Shown: positions 34,101 through 43,803 of the stretch, piece by piece
Numbering within the stretch: the first letter of the stretch is position 1
Layout of the letters: each line of letters begins with the position of its first letter
Position numbers and translations under genes: made by a program
Origin: a virus
Taxonomy: Duplodnaviria; Caudoviricetes
Strand: one strand, 5' to 3'
Length of the DNA: 64,000 nucleotides
IMG/VR virus record: IMGVR_UViG_3300028048_000066
Span: 1-64,000 of that record
Notes under the pieces: model-generated
Seen by the model: the letters and a program-made list of their open reading frames with translations, nothing else
What the model was told of the DNA's origin: nothing
The model's database searches: none

Positions 34101-34717
34101 TAAATACAAACTATAGTATTAACAGAACATCCTCTAACTATTCTACAGTTGTTTTAGGTGCGGGGGAAGATATAGAATTGAAAATCCCAGCAATAACATA
34201 TAAAGATTCAATAGTTATGGTATATAGTGGTGGTGCAGATGTAAAAATCACTCCAATATTAAGATTAGGTCAAGTTTACTATACATTTAATAACTATTAC
34301 ACAGATGCTTCATTTACAGATGACAAGTTAAATGAAGGTATAAATATTGTTGATATTTATGATGTAAATCATTTTAAGATAAAGAATGAATCAGCAAACG
34401 ATGTTGCAATTATTATAAGCAAACCAAGAATCATCAACAAAGTACACAGTGGTGGTTCAGTAACATTGGGATATAACAAAGCATTCAAATTATCTAGTGA
34501 TGAAGAAGAAGCATTAAGAGAAGAGATTAAAGCAAATGACTCAACAAGCATCTTCTACTATACAAACTATGTAGAGAATGTTAAGGCAATTGAAACAGAT
34601 GATTTCACAGACCCAAGTATTTTCTATGATTACAATAATATAGCAAATAAGTGGACAATAGCAGAGATTGATTTCTCAAACAGCAGTATTGACATTATAA
34701 GGAGTTCAAGAGTATAA
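31103..34717 (+). CDS. Baseplate wedge protein (gp6/gpJ-like)
   Basis: Y..KDF, ESDP..ILK.LA..GD, ATQ..S..L..MLGY, Y..TSG..GN, LIT.RDY. Confidence 0.8.
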   Translation: MITENDLQISNKSYINKDFPVIYQEIMDLAKKLSYKFDPETSNESDPFVIILKLLAFIGDKMNYNIDKNVLERFMPSATQESSMRDLCSMLGYNVKYYIAPTTSVTFKYTGNELDGRSFVLPKLETILTDDANEVSFVTTRDVSIYAKNEVTNSVPVIQGVVKTLTTLSGEVVRLENLDDNLRVYFPEKMVAQNGIFIEGGTISLEDEWTYVDNLNVTPPKSYVYTFGYDSTKRLPYLQFPDDIASLIGSGLTIKYVLTSGVDGNIKAKTLTKISSPTSITTTDQNATITLVSSDENNIVVKNINSSINGMNPESIDAAYSNFKKTIGTFDTLITCRDYMNYIYKLLDDDDIYPLVSNILVGDRRVDYNYSNNIVTYNQYGQSVVNAILVESDEPIISAFDLVLYAMNPIKIFDTSSYENSFRRLFDTTRIEGKLEESKCVSHNYKELESTDVFTFKNYYKLNAKISTTYKVNAIERADILNNINTALVKNFNAREVDFGYEIPYETLLSVMENADVRIKLVSLAEPELETKIMYADNSEESLFAVDTHGNRSNYIKLLAKNVLAGKVELFDYNELFDYDFGQEKLVGSGDEMLYKGVEKVTSEVTINPTHDGYTLKQNEVAQFIMPSLITDITYPYGIGLYLQLNSDKLNAGEEYKLQSGEYCVFIYTDTNGNQVVNIYENGDIVRANVDIYTTEYKRDTLYYTPKEVTIYDVVIRNRLQSLGIADEHGVVQEFILATQETVEHRELNQEKIDYQTYMYWMLNNADNELVFDEDGEYMLEEGEYLFRTDASFSDLISYGSGTVIKYVTPEDSDSSDDSDEDEDLWKCDKVSLEEINENGLLGLQDKFKYFDCNDSTYFLMREQTIYTAIEGDKLTSNDDTLALGNDFISVEGKEVAINGEKIPSVSIDEGYVKGRSRLDIAAGPTIPQVLQENQTMTFKCLDANDDDIDVVLTQGASFHLSTIKQLGGGVDVDLRTINYLVSEDDANRYILNDLYCYNLNTNYSINRTSSNYSTVVLGAGEDIELKIPAITYKDSIVMVYSGGADVKITPILRLGQVYYTFNNYYTDASFTDDKLNEGINIVDIYDVNHFKIKNESANDVAIIISKPRIINKVHSGGSVTLGYNKAFKLSSDEEEALREEIKANDSTSIFYYTNYVENVKAIETDDFTDPSIFYDYNNIANKWTIAEIDFSNSSIDIIRSSRV

Positions 34718-35361
34718 TGAGAGTTGAAAATTTAGTTCCAATAGTATACTATAAGGAATCAAGAGATTTCTCATATATCGGAAGATTGTTGGAGATTGCA
34801 TTTAACTATTTAAAAACAAATGTTGATTTAGTAGGTACAAGTGTAAATGTCCTTTCTTCTGGTAATCTCATCAACCTTTTAGTGTCATCTTTGGGATTTG
34901 AGTCTAAACACGAGTATACAAATGAGGACTTAATTAAGTTGTGTAGTTCTTTTGTATATCTTGTAAGAAATAAAGGTTCAATTAAAGCAATAGAAGATAC
35001 AATCAATATTCTATTAAGGTCACAAAATATTACTTATGATGTAGACCTAGATTTTGATGCAGAAGACAGACAATCAATCATAATTGAGATTCCTGAGGAA
35101 TTAGAAGATACAGTCTTATTAGATGATGTATTTGATTATATCTTACCTACTGGAATTTTATACAAATATGTGAGAGTATCAAAGACAAAACCACACTATA
35201 CATCTATGTTTGATACACAAGAAGTTGTTTCTATTGAAAGAGCAAACAATATAGAACTTGGACAAATTAGTGGTAATAATAATAGTGATGATAGTGTATA
35301 TCCAGATAGAAGTATGACATATACATCTACAACAGCAGAACAAGAAGAGATAGATGACTAA
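34717..35361 (+). CDS. Baseplate wedge protein (gp7/P2 gpI-like)
   Basis: LVP..Y, LGF, R.KGS..AIE and YILPTG motifs. Confidence 0.65.
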   Translation: MRVENLVPIVYYKESRDFSYIGRLLEIAFNYLKTNVDLVGTSVNVLSSGNLINLLVSSLGFESKHEYTNEDLIKLCSSFVYLVRNKGSIKAIEDTINILLRSQNITYDVDLDFDAEDRQSIIIEIPEELEDTVLLDDVFDYILPTGILYKYVRVSKTKPHYTSMFDTQEVVSIERANNIELGQISGNNNSDDSVYPDRSMTYTSTTAEQEEIDD

Positions 35362-35384
35362 TCAGGGGAATAAGGAGATATAAT

Positions 35385-35906
35385 ATGGCAAACGAAGTGA
35401 ATTCAATTAACTATATTGGAAATGTTACAATAAAGTATGTAACAAAGTCTGGAAGACCAGTTAAAAGCATTTACAGACACAATAAAGGTTGCAGACCATT
35501 ATTTAACTTTATAACAAGTTGTATGATGGGTAAATATAATGAGAACAATAGACCAGTATACTTAATGGTGTACAAAAAGGGTGAGGAAGTTACAAGTGAA
35601 AATCTTGGAACACCAGTACTCCCTAACTTACAATACATACTTAACACAGAAAGTAGTTATGATAGTGAAAATGATGCTGGTATTGTAAAGTATAAGTTTA
35701 TGTTCCCAGGAAGTGTGCTAACAAATGATGGAGATGTAATTGCACTATTTAATTATAATAATGCAAACACATATAAAATTGAAGGTGCAAATGTTCCTTC
35801 TAATTATGTTGAATTAACTGGTGCAGACATCATCAACCAAAGCGATGTAATAAATCAAAATGTAATAGTAATATGGGAATTACAATTCTCAAACAAAGCA
35901 GAATAA
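35385..35906 (+). CDS. Baseplate/fibre attachment protein
   Basis: Y.GNVTI..HN.G and C-terminal IWELQF; position. Confidence 0.55.
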   Translation: MANEVNSINYIGNVTIKYVTKSGRPVKSIYRHNKGCRPLFNFITSCMMGKYNENNRPVYLMVYKKGEEVTSENLGTPVLPNLQYILNTESSYDSENDAGIVKYKFMFPGSVLTNDGDVIALFNYNNANTYKIEGANVPSNYVELTGADIINQSDVINQNVIVIWELQFSNKAE

Positions 35907-35926
35907 TAAACAGGAGAAAATAGATT

Positions 35927-37516
35927 ATGGCAAAATATTATGTAAAAAGTGCAGACATTAAAGCATATCCTACAGCATTTAGAGATATAGAAAATTCTGG
36001 GGATACACAATCATACTTAAATACAGAGTTCAATGTAACGAATTTGAAGTTTTTAAGTGCTATCAAAGAGAACCAAACATTCTCATATGAAGATGGGGAT
36101 TATTTAATTCTATCTCTTCACGGTTATCTCTTTAAACTTTTAAAGTCAGATGTACCACAAGGCAGAAACTTATATGCATATATTTGTGTACAAGAGAAAG
36201 ATGTGCCAACAACTGGAACATCAATTTACAACAACTACATTCTAGTTGCAGACTCTGGTGGTGGATATTCAACAACACTTGATAATGAAGGATTAAATCA
36301 AGAGTATTATTTCTATGCTTTGGTATTCACAGATGATAGCATTGATACATTATTATCTTCTTCAACTCCTGGAACAAGATATTATGGATTAAAAGTCAGA
36401 GGAGATGATACAAACATAGTCTGTCAACCTCTAAAACTCTCTACAAGCGAGATTAGAAACGAAAGTGATAAATCTATTGATGAAGAGTTACCAATCAACC
36501 AAGAGTTTAATACTTACGAATTAAATGTTGGAGAAGGTGGTATTAACTGTTCTTCAAACATTACATCAAACACAATAAACACACATCAAATAGAGGTTGA
36601 AGGTCCTTTATTCTGTAGTGCTTTAGCAGCAGGTGAGCATAATGGAGAACTTAATATTGTATGTAAAACTATAAATAACACAGACAATATCACTTCAAAC
36701 ACAATTAAAGTTAATAATAAAATCACTGTAAAGAATGAGTATGATTTAGGTAAAGTAGATGCAAACATCGTTAATGCAAGTGTTTCTGTTGAAGCACCAA
36801 GCATTAAAGCAACACAACAATTCACTGGAAATTTATTAGGAAATGTTGTTGGTAATGTTACAGGCAACTTAAATGGTAATGCAACAACAGCATCTAAACT
36901 TTATGCACCAGTAACAATAAATAGCACACCATTTGATGGTTCAAGTGATATTATTGAAACAGATAAATGGGGTAAAGCAAGAAGTATTACAATTAAGGAT
37001 AATTCTGGAACAAATAGTTTTGTAACTTCTGGTGTTGATGGTGGAAGTGCAATCACATTAAAATTACCAGCAACAATTAACGCAGACATAGTTGGTAATG
37101 TAACTGGTAATATTATTGGTAATGTAACTGGTTCTGCATCAAAGGCACTATCATATACAACATCACAGATAAGTGCTGATAATGATACAACTAAAACTTA
37201 TATAATTGGTAAGCAAACAACCAGTGAGAATACAGAAACAAAATATAATGCTAATGTTTATTTCAAAGGCAGTGCACTTTATTGTGGTTCTTTAAATAGC
37301 GGAAATAATACATATACATTACCATCAGAAACTGGTACACTAGCATTAAAAGAAGATATTAACAATGGAAAATTAACAGTAAAAACAATCATTGGTAGTG
37401 ACACACCAACTTCAACTGAGTTTGAAGCAAACCAAAGTGAAAACACAACTGTTGATATTAAGATACCAAAAATAACCTGTGATGGAACAACATTAACAAT
37501 AGTAGTTCCAGTCTAA
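35927..37516 (+). CDS. Tail fibre protein
   Basis: GNxx tetrapeptide repeats (GNLLGNVVGNVTGNLNGNA), GNATTASKL, LPSETGTLAL. Confidence 0.75.
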   Translation: MAKYYVKSADIKAYPTAFRDIENSGDTQSYLNTEFNVTNLKFLSAIKENQTFSYEDGDYLILSLHGYLFKLLKSDVPQGRNLYAYICVQEKDVPTTGTSIYNNYILVADSGGGYSTTLDNEGLNQEYYFYALVFTDDSIDTLLSSSTPGTRYYGLKVRGDDTNIVCQPLKLSTSEIRNESDKSIDEELPINQEFNTYELNVGEGGINCSSNITSNTINTHQIEVEGPLFCSALAAGEHNGELNIVCKTINNTDNITSNTIKVNNKITVKNEYDLGKVDANIVNASVSVEAPSIKATQQFTGNLLGNVVGNVTGNLNGNATTASKLYAPVTINSTPFDGSSDIIETDKWGKARSITIKDNSGTNSFVTSGVDGGSAITLKLPATINADIVGNVTGNIIGNVTGSASKALSYTTSQISADNDTTKTYIIGKQTTSENTETKYNANVYFKGSALYCGSLNSGNNTYTLPSETGTLALKEDINNGKLTVKTIIGSDTPTSTEFEANQSENTTVDIKIPKITCDGTTLTIVVPV

Positions 37517-37534
37517 TACACCTAAGAGGTAATT

Positions 37535-38716
37535 ATGAGTGTAAACGAAATTAAATTTAATGGTGAAACTATAGGTATCACTCAAGTTGATTATAAGATG
37601 GGCGATAGTGTAATGCACCCTAAGATAATAAAATATCAAGTGGGTGATGATGATGTGAATGCAAAAGTGGTTTGGAGAGAACCATATAATTTAAACATTA
37701 TCAAAGACGATAGTATAACAAGTATTAAATATAAAATTGATGGTGGTACTCCTGTTGAAACACTTACAAGTACAGATGTAATTATTGGATATGGTCAAAA
37801 ATATTCATATATTGTTACTTATGATGCCAACATTTATTCAAACATCTTAAAGGAAAATAGACCAGCAGAAACTTGGGAAGAAGCAAAAGAATATGAGATG
37901 ACAGAAAATGTAACAATCAACCCTAAAGTAGTTCCATATAAGACACTTACAATAAATTCAGAACCAAGTGGAAGTGCAAATAAATCAAGTGCAAAAGTTA
38001 CAAGAACATCACATATAAGTAATTATGATATTGCAGATGGTGAACTATCAAGTGGTGCTAAGGTTTATAAAGGTGATTCAATTAAAGTAGAAATATCCAT
38101 TGGAAGTGATTTATATGGAGAATATAAACTTGTAAATAATGATACTAAAGTAGAAGTAGGTTCTGATTTACAAGACTGTACAACATATTATGCTACAAAG
38201 GGTACACCAACAACTTGGAAAGCAACTAACGATTCTACAAAATCATCTGGACTAATTATAAGTAAAACAGCAACAGTTAAACTTAATGATGAGTTATTTA
38301 ACAACATCACTGTTTCAAGAAAGTCTAGTGCAACAACATATAGGACAGTATATTGGGGTGAAGGCAATGAACCACAAACAGGTTGGACTAGAGATGGTGA
38401 TGGTGAAATAAATGTATTAAATGGTGTTGAGAGTGCTGTAAATTATATACCTTTAACCAATATAAAAGTAAACGGATTTGTATATTATGGTAGTGCAGTT
38501 CAAGGCAATTCACATCAATTAGGGGGTAGTCCTTTAACTGTAGAAGGATTAAGTACTGGCGACTTTACAATCCCATATGGTGGATATAAGTGGACATTCT
38601 CTATATCACAAAAATCAAGTGGAAGTTCTACATTAGTATTAAGAAGAATACCACCAAAACCAAAGGGAGAGTATAAATCAATAGCAAAACTAACTGTTTA
38701 TCAGTATCCACAATAA
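37535..38716 (+). CDS. Tail fibre / receptor-binding-like protein
   Basis: T/S-rich, beta-rich; last gene of the structural block. Confidence 0.55.
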   Translation: MSVNEIKFNGETIGITQVDYKMGDSVMHPKIIKYQVGDDDVNAKVVWREPYNLNIIKDDSITSIKYKIDGGTPVETLTSTDVIIGYGQKYSYIVTYDANIYSNILKENRPAETWEEAKEYEMTENVTINPKVVPYKTLTINSEPSGSANKSSAKVTRTSHISNYDIADGELSSGAKVYKGDSIKVEISIGSDLYGEYKLVNNDTKVEVGSDLQDCTTYYATKGTPTTWKATNDSTKSSGLIISKTATVKLNDELFNNITVSRKSSATTYRTVYWGEGNEPQTGWTRDGDGEINVLNGVESAVNYIPLTNIKVNGFVYYGSAVQGNSHQLGGSPLTVEGLSTGDFTIPYGGYKWTFSISQKSSGSSTLVLRRIPPKPKGEYKSIAKLTVYQYPQ

Positions 38717-38734
38717 AAAGTTTGTTGAAATATA

Positions 38735-38763
38735 TTAAGATTTTTGAAAAAATGTTGTATAAT
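38735..38763 (+). promoter_or_regulatory. sigmaA-like promoter at the start of the replication module
   Basis: TTAAGA-17-TATAAT (38758-38763). Confidence 0.55.
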
Positions 38764-38791
38764 ATATGTAGACAAAAATATGTAGACAAAA
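38764..38791. repeat. 14-bp tandem direct repeat ATATGTAGACAAAA x2
   Basis: Exact duplication immediately after the -10 element. Confidence 0.85.
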
Positions 38792-38812
38792 ATAAAACAA
38801 AGGAAAGGAATA

Positions 38813-39136
38813 ATGAATAGGTTTTATACAATCAAATGTCCAAAGTGTGGATGTGAATATCTACCAGAGGAAATATTTATACCAAATGCATTTTTTGGTA
38901 AACCAAAGAATATAGTTAAAGATGATAACGGAAAAATATTCAGTTTTGAAGGAGATTCTCTAACTACAAGTGAAGAGTATATTTGTGACAAGTGTGGATG
39001 TACTTTTACAATAGACTGCAAAATTGTGTTTGACACAAAAGTAAATGTAAAGCACGATTTTAGCGAGGATTACTCTACACCAATTTACAAAGATAGAATC
39101 ATATTAGATGAAGTAAATAATAACAAGTTATGGTAA
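38813..39136 (+). CDS. Zinc-ribbon protein
   Basis: CPKC and CDKC. Confidence 0.75.
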   Translation: MNRFYTIKCPKCGCEYLPEEIFIPNAFFGKPKNIVKDDNGKIFSFEGDSLTTSEEYICDKCGCTFTIDCKIVFDTKVNVKHDFSEDYSTPIYKDRIILDEVNNNKLW

Positions 39137-39137
39137 T

Positions 39138-40817
39138 ATGATAAAGATTGATGAAAGGAAGCACGACAGGTTGGGTGGTGTTAATTCATTATTTTTATCA
39201 TTTTCACCACAACCAGAAATCATAAGCATTATCAAATCGTGTAATGCTTATTATTATAATAATAAAAATTTTGAGTGGGAACTTCCTGTAAATAGTTTAG
39301 CATTCCTTTTAGACAACTTAACTTATTATGATGATATTGAACTTATACTGGATAATAGTGCTGTGACCTCGTGTAATGCCACACAGGCGATGATAACTAT
39401 TCCTAAGACAAAGTTATTCAAACATCAGCAAGAAGCAGTACAGTACGGATTAGAGGGTCACAACAAGTGGTTACTATTAGATGCACCAGGTCTAGGTAAG
39501 AGTTTATCTATGATTACTTTAGCAGAAGAACTCAAAGTACAGAGAGGAATTGAACATTGCTTAGTCATATGTGGTATCAATTCACTTAAAGGTAATTGGG
39601 AAAAAGAAATTAGTAAATATTCTCAGTATAACTCTGTAATTATCGGAAAGAGAGTAAACTCAAAAGGTAATGTGGTTTATGACACAATACCACAAAGAGC
39701 ATTACAGTTAAAGAATAAGATAGATGAGTTCTTTGTAATCTTAAATGTAGAGAGTTTAAGAGATGACAAGATTATAGATGCTATTAACAAATCTGAAAAC
39801 AAGTTTGATATGATAGTGTTAGATGAAGCACACTGTTGTAAAGGAACAAAAGCACAACAATCTAAGAATCTATTAAAACTTGATGCACCATATATGATTG
39901 CTATGACTGGTTCTTTGTTGATGAATAATCCAGTAGATTGTTATGTTCCACTTGCTTGGATAGGTGCAGAAAGAAAGAATAATGTAACAATGTTCAAGAA
40001 TACCTATTGTATCTTTGATGACTTGACAAAAGGTAGAATAGTTGGGTATAAGAATATGACATTGCTTAAAAATGAAATAGAAAATTGGTCTTTAAGAAGA
40101 ACAAAAGATTTACTTGACCTACCACCAAAGAACATAATTGAAGAATATGTTGAAATGGATGATAGTCATAGAAAGTTTTATGAAAATGTAAAACAGGGTG
40201 TAAAGGAAGAGTGTGATAAGATAGAGTTAAAACCTAATAATGTTTTATCACTTGTAACACGATTAAGACAGGCAACCAGTTGTCCTAGTGTGTTGACATC
40301 TTCAAAGATTTATAGCACAAAAGTAGAGAGGGCAAAGAGTCTAGTAGAGGAAATAGTATCACAGGGGGATAAAGTAGTTATATTCTCAACATTTAAAGAA
40401 CCAATCAATGAATTGTATGAAGAACTAAAAGAATACAACCCTCTAATTGGAACTGGTGATATTAAAGACTCCATTGTAAATGACAGTGTAACAAAATTCC
40501 AGAGTGATGATAAGTATAAAGTCTTCTTGGCAACATCACAGAAACTTGGAACAGGTCAAACACTAACAGCAGCATCTTATATGATTTTTATAGATGACCC
40601 TTGGACCGCTGCTTTAGTAGGACAGTGCGAAGACAGAATACATAGAATAGGAAGCACAGAACCAGTTTTCATTTATCATTTGATTTGTAAAGACACAATT
40701 GATGAGAGTATTAGGAAGATTGTAACACGAAAAGGACAGGTAGCAGACTATATTATTGATGATAAATTACCAGAAAATTTATGTGCAGAGTTGAGAGAAA
40801 TGTTGCATAATTTATAG
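39138..40817 (+). CDS. SNF2-family helicase/ATPase
   Basis: DAPGLGKS, DEAH, MTGS, GTGQTLTAA and QCEDRIHRIG. Confidence 0.92.
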   Translation: MIKIDERKHDRLGGVNSLFLSFSPQPEIISIIKSCNAYYYNNKNFEWELPVNSLAFLLDNLTYYDDIELILDNSAVTSCNATQAMITIPKTKLFKHQQEAVQYGLEGHNKWLLLDAPGLGKSLSMITLAEELKVQRGIEHCLVICGINSLKGNWEKEISKYSQYNSVIIGKRVNSKGNVVYDTIPQRALQLKNKIDEFFVILNVESLRDDKIIDAINKSENKFDMIVLDEAHCCKGTKAQQSKNLLKLDAPYMIAMTGSLLMNNPVDCYVPLAWIGAERKNNVTMFKNTYCIFDDLTKGRIVGYKNMTLLKNEIENWSLRRTKDLLDLPPKNIIEEYVEMDDSHRKFYENVKQGVKEECDKIELKPNNVLSLVTRLRQATSCPSVLTSSKIYSTKVERAKSLVEEIVSQGDKVVIFSTFKEPINELYEELKEYNPLIGTGDIKDSIVNDSVTKFQSDDKYKVFLATSQKLGTGQTLTAASYMIFIDDPWTAALVGQCEDRIHRIGSTEPVFIYHLICKDTIDESIRKIVTRKGQVADYIIDDKLPENLCAELREMLHNL

Positions 40818-40830
40818 TCAATTTTTGGAG

Positions 40831-40845
40831 TGCTAAATTAAGTAA
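40831..40845 (+). promoter_or_regulatory. Variant late-promoter motif TGCTAAATTAAGTAA
   Basis: First 11 nt identical to the late motif; intergenic before the glutaredoxin gene. Confidence 0.55.
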
Positions 40846-40866
40846 AAATAGAAGGAGAGAAAGGTT

Positions 40867-41082
40867 ATGAGTAATGTTATTTTTTATCATACAGAAACTT
40901 GTCCTCAATGCAGAATGGTTGGACTATTATTAGATAAATATAAGATAGAACACGAGTCTTGCACTGATGTAGACGAGATGAAAAGTAAGGGAATAACTCA
41001 CACTCCAGCAATTGAAGTAGACGGAACTATACTTCAAGGTAAAGAGATGATGAATTGGGTAAATTCTTTTAAGACTTTATAA
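40867..41082 (+). CDS. Glutaredoxin / NrdH-like redoxin
   Basis: CPQC and TP..EVDG; next to nrdD. Confidence 0.8.
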   Translation: MSNVIFYHTETCPQCRMVGLLLDKYKIEHESCTDVDEMKSKGITHTPAIEVDGTILQGKEMMNWVNSFKTL

Positions 41083-41118
41083 AAACAAATTTATTAAAAA
41101 TGAAAGGAGAAATTTAAT

Positions 41119-41418
41119 ATGGCAACTTGTATTTGGCAACCAAAGTTTTCAACACAAGAAGTTTTAATAGCAACGAATAAGGTTAGGGAAGGTAAGAACT
41201 ATGTGTTTTTCGCAGGGGATAGAAACCACCCAGACCTTTATTCATATGATGGAAGTAAAGTAAAAACTCAATGTAAAATAACGAGTAATGGTAAGATTTA
41301 TTGCTATTGTATTCCTTTAAGTTGGTTGGAAAATGAGGGAGATTTACCAGATGACCTAAAAGAAATTAAGGAAAGGGAATATCAAAATTACAAGAAGAGG
41401 TTTAGTAAAAAAAGTTAA
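41119..41418 (+). CDS. Hypothetical protein
   Basis: AAGGAG RBS. Confidence 0.7.
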   Translation: MATCIWQPKFSTQEVLIATNKVREGKNYVFFAGDRNHPDLYSYDGSKVKTQCKITSNGKIYCYCIPLSWLENEGDLPDDLKEIKEREYQNYKKRFSKKS

Positions 41419-41420
41419 TT

Positions 41421-43340
41421 ATGGATTCAAGAACACTAGAAAAGAAATTAAAGTTTATAGATAATTATTGTGACACAAACAAGAACCCAGCAACACTTTC
41501 ACAAGTTGATGCAAATGCTAATGTAACTTCAAGAAATATTGCAACAATGTCAACAGAATTATCTAAACCAGACTTTATTGATATTAACAGAGCAATAACA
41601 AAAAAGTATTTATTAGCAAAATATGGTCAAGAATTGTGTGACCAGTTTGACAATGACTTAAAGAACCACATTATTTATAGTCACGATGAGACATCAATTA
41701 TGCCATATTGTGTGGCAATTACTTTATACCCATTCTTATTAGATGGATTAAAGAAGTTAGGTGGCACATCTGGTCCACCAAAACACGCAAGTAGTTTCAT
41801 TGGAGGATTATGCAATTTAATTTTCTTAATTGCTGGTCAATTCGCTGGAGCAGTAGCAGTCCCTGAATTTTTACCATATTTAGACCACTTTTTAAGAAAT
41901 GATTATGGTGATAATTATGTAGACCATTTAGATGAACCAGTATGGCATATTGGGAATAATAATTTCACATTAAGACATAATATTGAAGACTTATTTCAAG
42001 AATTTGTTTACTGTATTAATCAACCAGCAGCAGCGAGAGGTTATCAATCACCATTTATGAATATTGCATATTTTGATGAAGGGTATTTTAATTCTATTTT
42101 TAAAGATTTTATCTTCCCTGATGGAGATGAACCTAATTTAGAAACTACGAAACAACTTCAAAAGATGTATATGAAGTGGTTTAACAAAGAGAGAACAAAA
42201 GATGCTATTACATTCCCAGTTGAAACAATGAATTTATTATGGGATAAAGATACTCATAAATATGTTGATGAAGATATGGCAGATTTCACAGCAGAAATGT
42301 GGGCAGAAGGACATTCATTCTTTATGTATAATTCCGATTCAGCAGACGCTTTATCGTCTTGCTGTAGACTAAAGAATGCTATTGATGAAAATGTATTCTC
42401 ATATACACTTGGTGCAGGTGGTGTAGAAACAGGTTCAAAGAAAGTTATCACACTTAACATTAACAGAATTGTTCAAAATTGGTTTAATGAAGAAGTAAAC
42501 TTGAAATATAAGAGAAATAGAAAAACACTTGCAGAGTATATCACTATAATTGTAGATAGAGTGCATAAATATCTTGAAGCGTGGAATGACCACCTTTGGG
42601 CAATGTATGATGCAGGTTTATTAACAGTTTATTCAGCAGGATTTATTCACCTAGATAAACAATATCTAACTATTGGGTTTAATGGGTTTATAGAAGGTGC
42701 AGAGTTCCTTAAAACAATAGATGAATACATACCAAAAGAATATAGAGGTATGGAAATAAGACCAGATAATGAAGCATACAAACAATATGCAAAAGATATT
42801 TTAGGAACAATTAAAGCAAGAAATTTAGAGCATAGAACACAACATTTGAAGTTCAACACAGAACAAGTTCCAGCAGAAAATGCAGGTGCAAAACTTTATA
42901 ATTGGGACAAGAAAGCAGGTTATGTAGTTCCAGAAGGAAGAAACTTATATAATTCATATTTCTACCCAGTTGAAGATGAGAGTTATGACCCTATTACAAA
43001 GATGTATTTACAAGGAACAAACTTCATAGGAAACCTTGATGGTGGAAGTGCTTACCATTGTAATTTAGATAGTTATTTAAGTAAAGAGCAATATAGAAAG
43101 TTGATGGATATTGCAATAGAGTCTGGATGTTCATATTTCACATTTAACATTCCAAATACAATTTGTAATGATTGTGGAAACATTGACAAGAGATATTTGA
43201 AAGAATGTCCAGTATGTGGGTCTAATAATTTAGATTATGCTACTAGAATAATAGGTTATTTGAAACGAATTAGTAATTTTAGTGAGGTTAGACAAATAGA
43301 AGCATCAAAGAGATATTACGGAAATTTATTAGATGATTAA
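41421..43340 (+). CDS. nrdD: Anaerobic (class III) ribonucleotide reductase, no ATP cone
   Basis: HDE..PYC, SSCCRL, EQVPAE, CxxC..CxxC and the RIIGY glycyl-radical motif. Confidence 0.95.
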   Translation: MDSRTLEKKLKFIDNYCDTNKNPATLSQVDANANVTSRNIATMSTELSKPDFIDINRAITKKYLLAKYGQELCDQFDNDLKNHIIYSHDETSIMPYCVAITLYPFLLDGLKKLGGTSGPPKHASSFIGGLCNLIFLIAGQFAGAVAVPEFLPYLDHFLRNDYGDNYVDHLDEPVWHIGNNNFTLRHNIEDLFQEFVYCINQPAAARGYQSPFMNIAYFDEGYFNSIFKDFIFPDGDEPNLETTKQLQKMYMKWFNKERTKDAITFPVETMNLLWDKDTHKYVDEDMADFTAEMWAEGHSFFMYNSDSADALSSCCRLKNAIDENVFSYTLGAGGVETGSKKVITLNINRIVQNWFNEEVNLKYKRNRKTLAEYITIIVDRVHKYLEAWNDHLWAMYDAGLLTVYSAGFIHLDKQYLTIGFNGFIEGAEFLKTIDEYIPKEYRGMEIRPDNEAYKQYAKDILGTIKARNLEHRTQHLKFNTEQVPAENAGAKLYNWDKKAGYVVPEGRNLYNSYFYPVEDESYDPITKMYLQGTNFIGNLDGGSAYHCNLDSYLSKEQYRKLMDIAIESGCSYFTFNIPNTICNDCGNIDKRYLKECPVCGSNNLDYATRIIGYLKRISNFSEVRQIEASKRYYGNLLDD

Positions 43341-43797
43341 ATATTACGATAAAGCGATAGTGATGCAAGAGATACCAGATGAAATATCTCTTGCATTAAA
43401 TATAACTAATTGTCCTCATAGGTGTCATAATTGTCACTCGCCTTATTTAAGAGAAGATATTGGGACAAAATTGACACTTGAGGAATTAGATAAATTATTA
43501 ACAGACAAGATTAACAAGAATGTTACTTGTATTTTATTTATGGGTGGAGATGCTTCACATAAAGATATAATACATTTGACAAACTTTATTCATAACAATT
43601 ATAATTTTAAGGTTGCTATGTATAGTGGTGATGATATAGTTGATTATGAATTGTTGTCTTGTCTTGATTATTACAAATATGGTTCATACCAAGAAGACAA
43701 AGGACCACTAAATAGTCCAACAACAAATCAGGTGTTATTAAAGATTGAGAAAGGAGAAATAAAAGATATTACAAAAAAATTTCAATTATTTTCATAA
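43333..43797 (+). CDS. nrdG: Anaerobic RNR activating radical-SAM protein
   Basis: EIPDEISL, CPHRCHNCHS, MGGD, TTNQ. Confidence 0.93.
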   Translation: MIKYYDKAIVMQEIPDEISLALNITNCPHRCHNCHSPYLREDIGTKLTLEELDKLLTDKINKNVTCILFMGGDASHKDIIHLTNFIHNNYNFKVAMYSGDDIVDYELLSCLDYYKYGSYQEDKGPLNSPTTNQVLLKIEKGEIKDITKKFQLFS

Positions 43798-43803
43798 ATT
43801 TAG

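Noticed and set aside
36826-37132. GNxx peptide repeats in the fibre gene
   Set aside because: Ordinary fibre shaft repeats.
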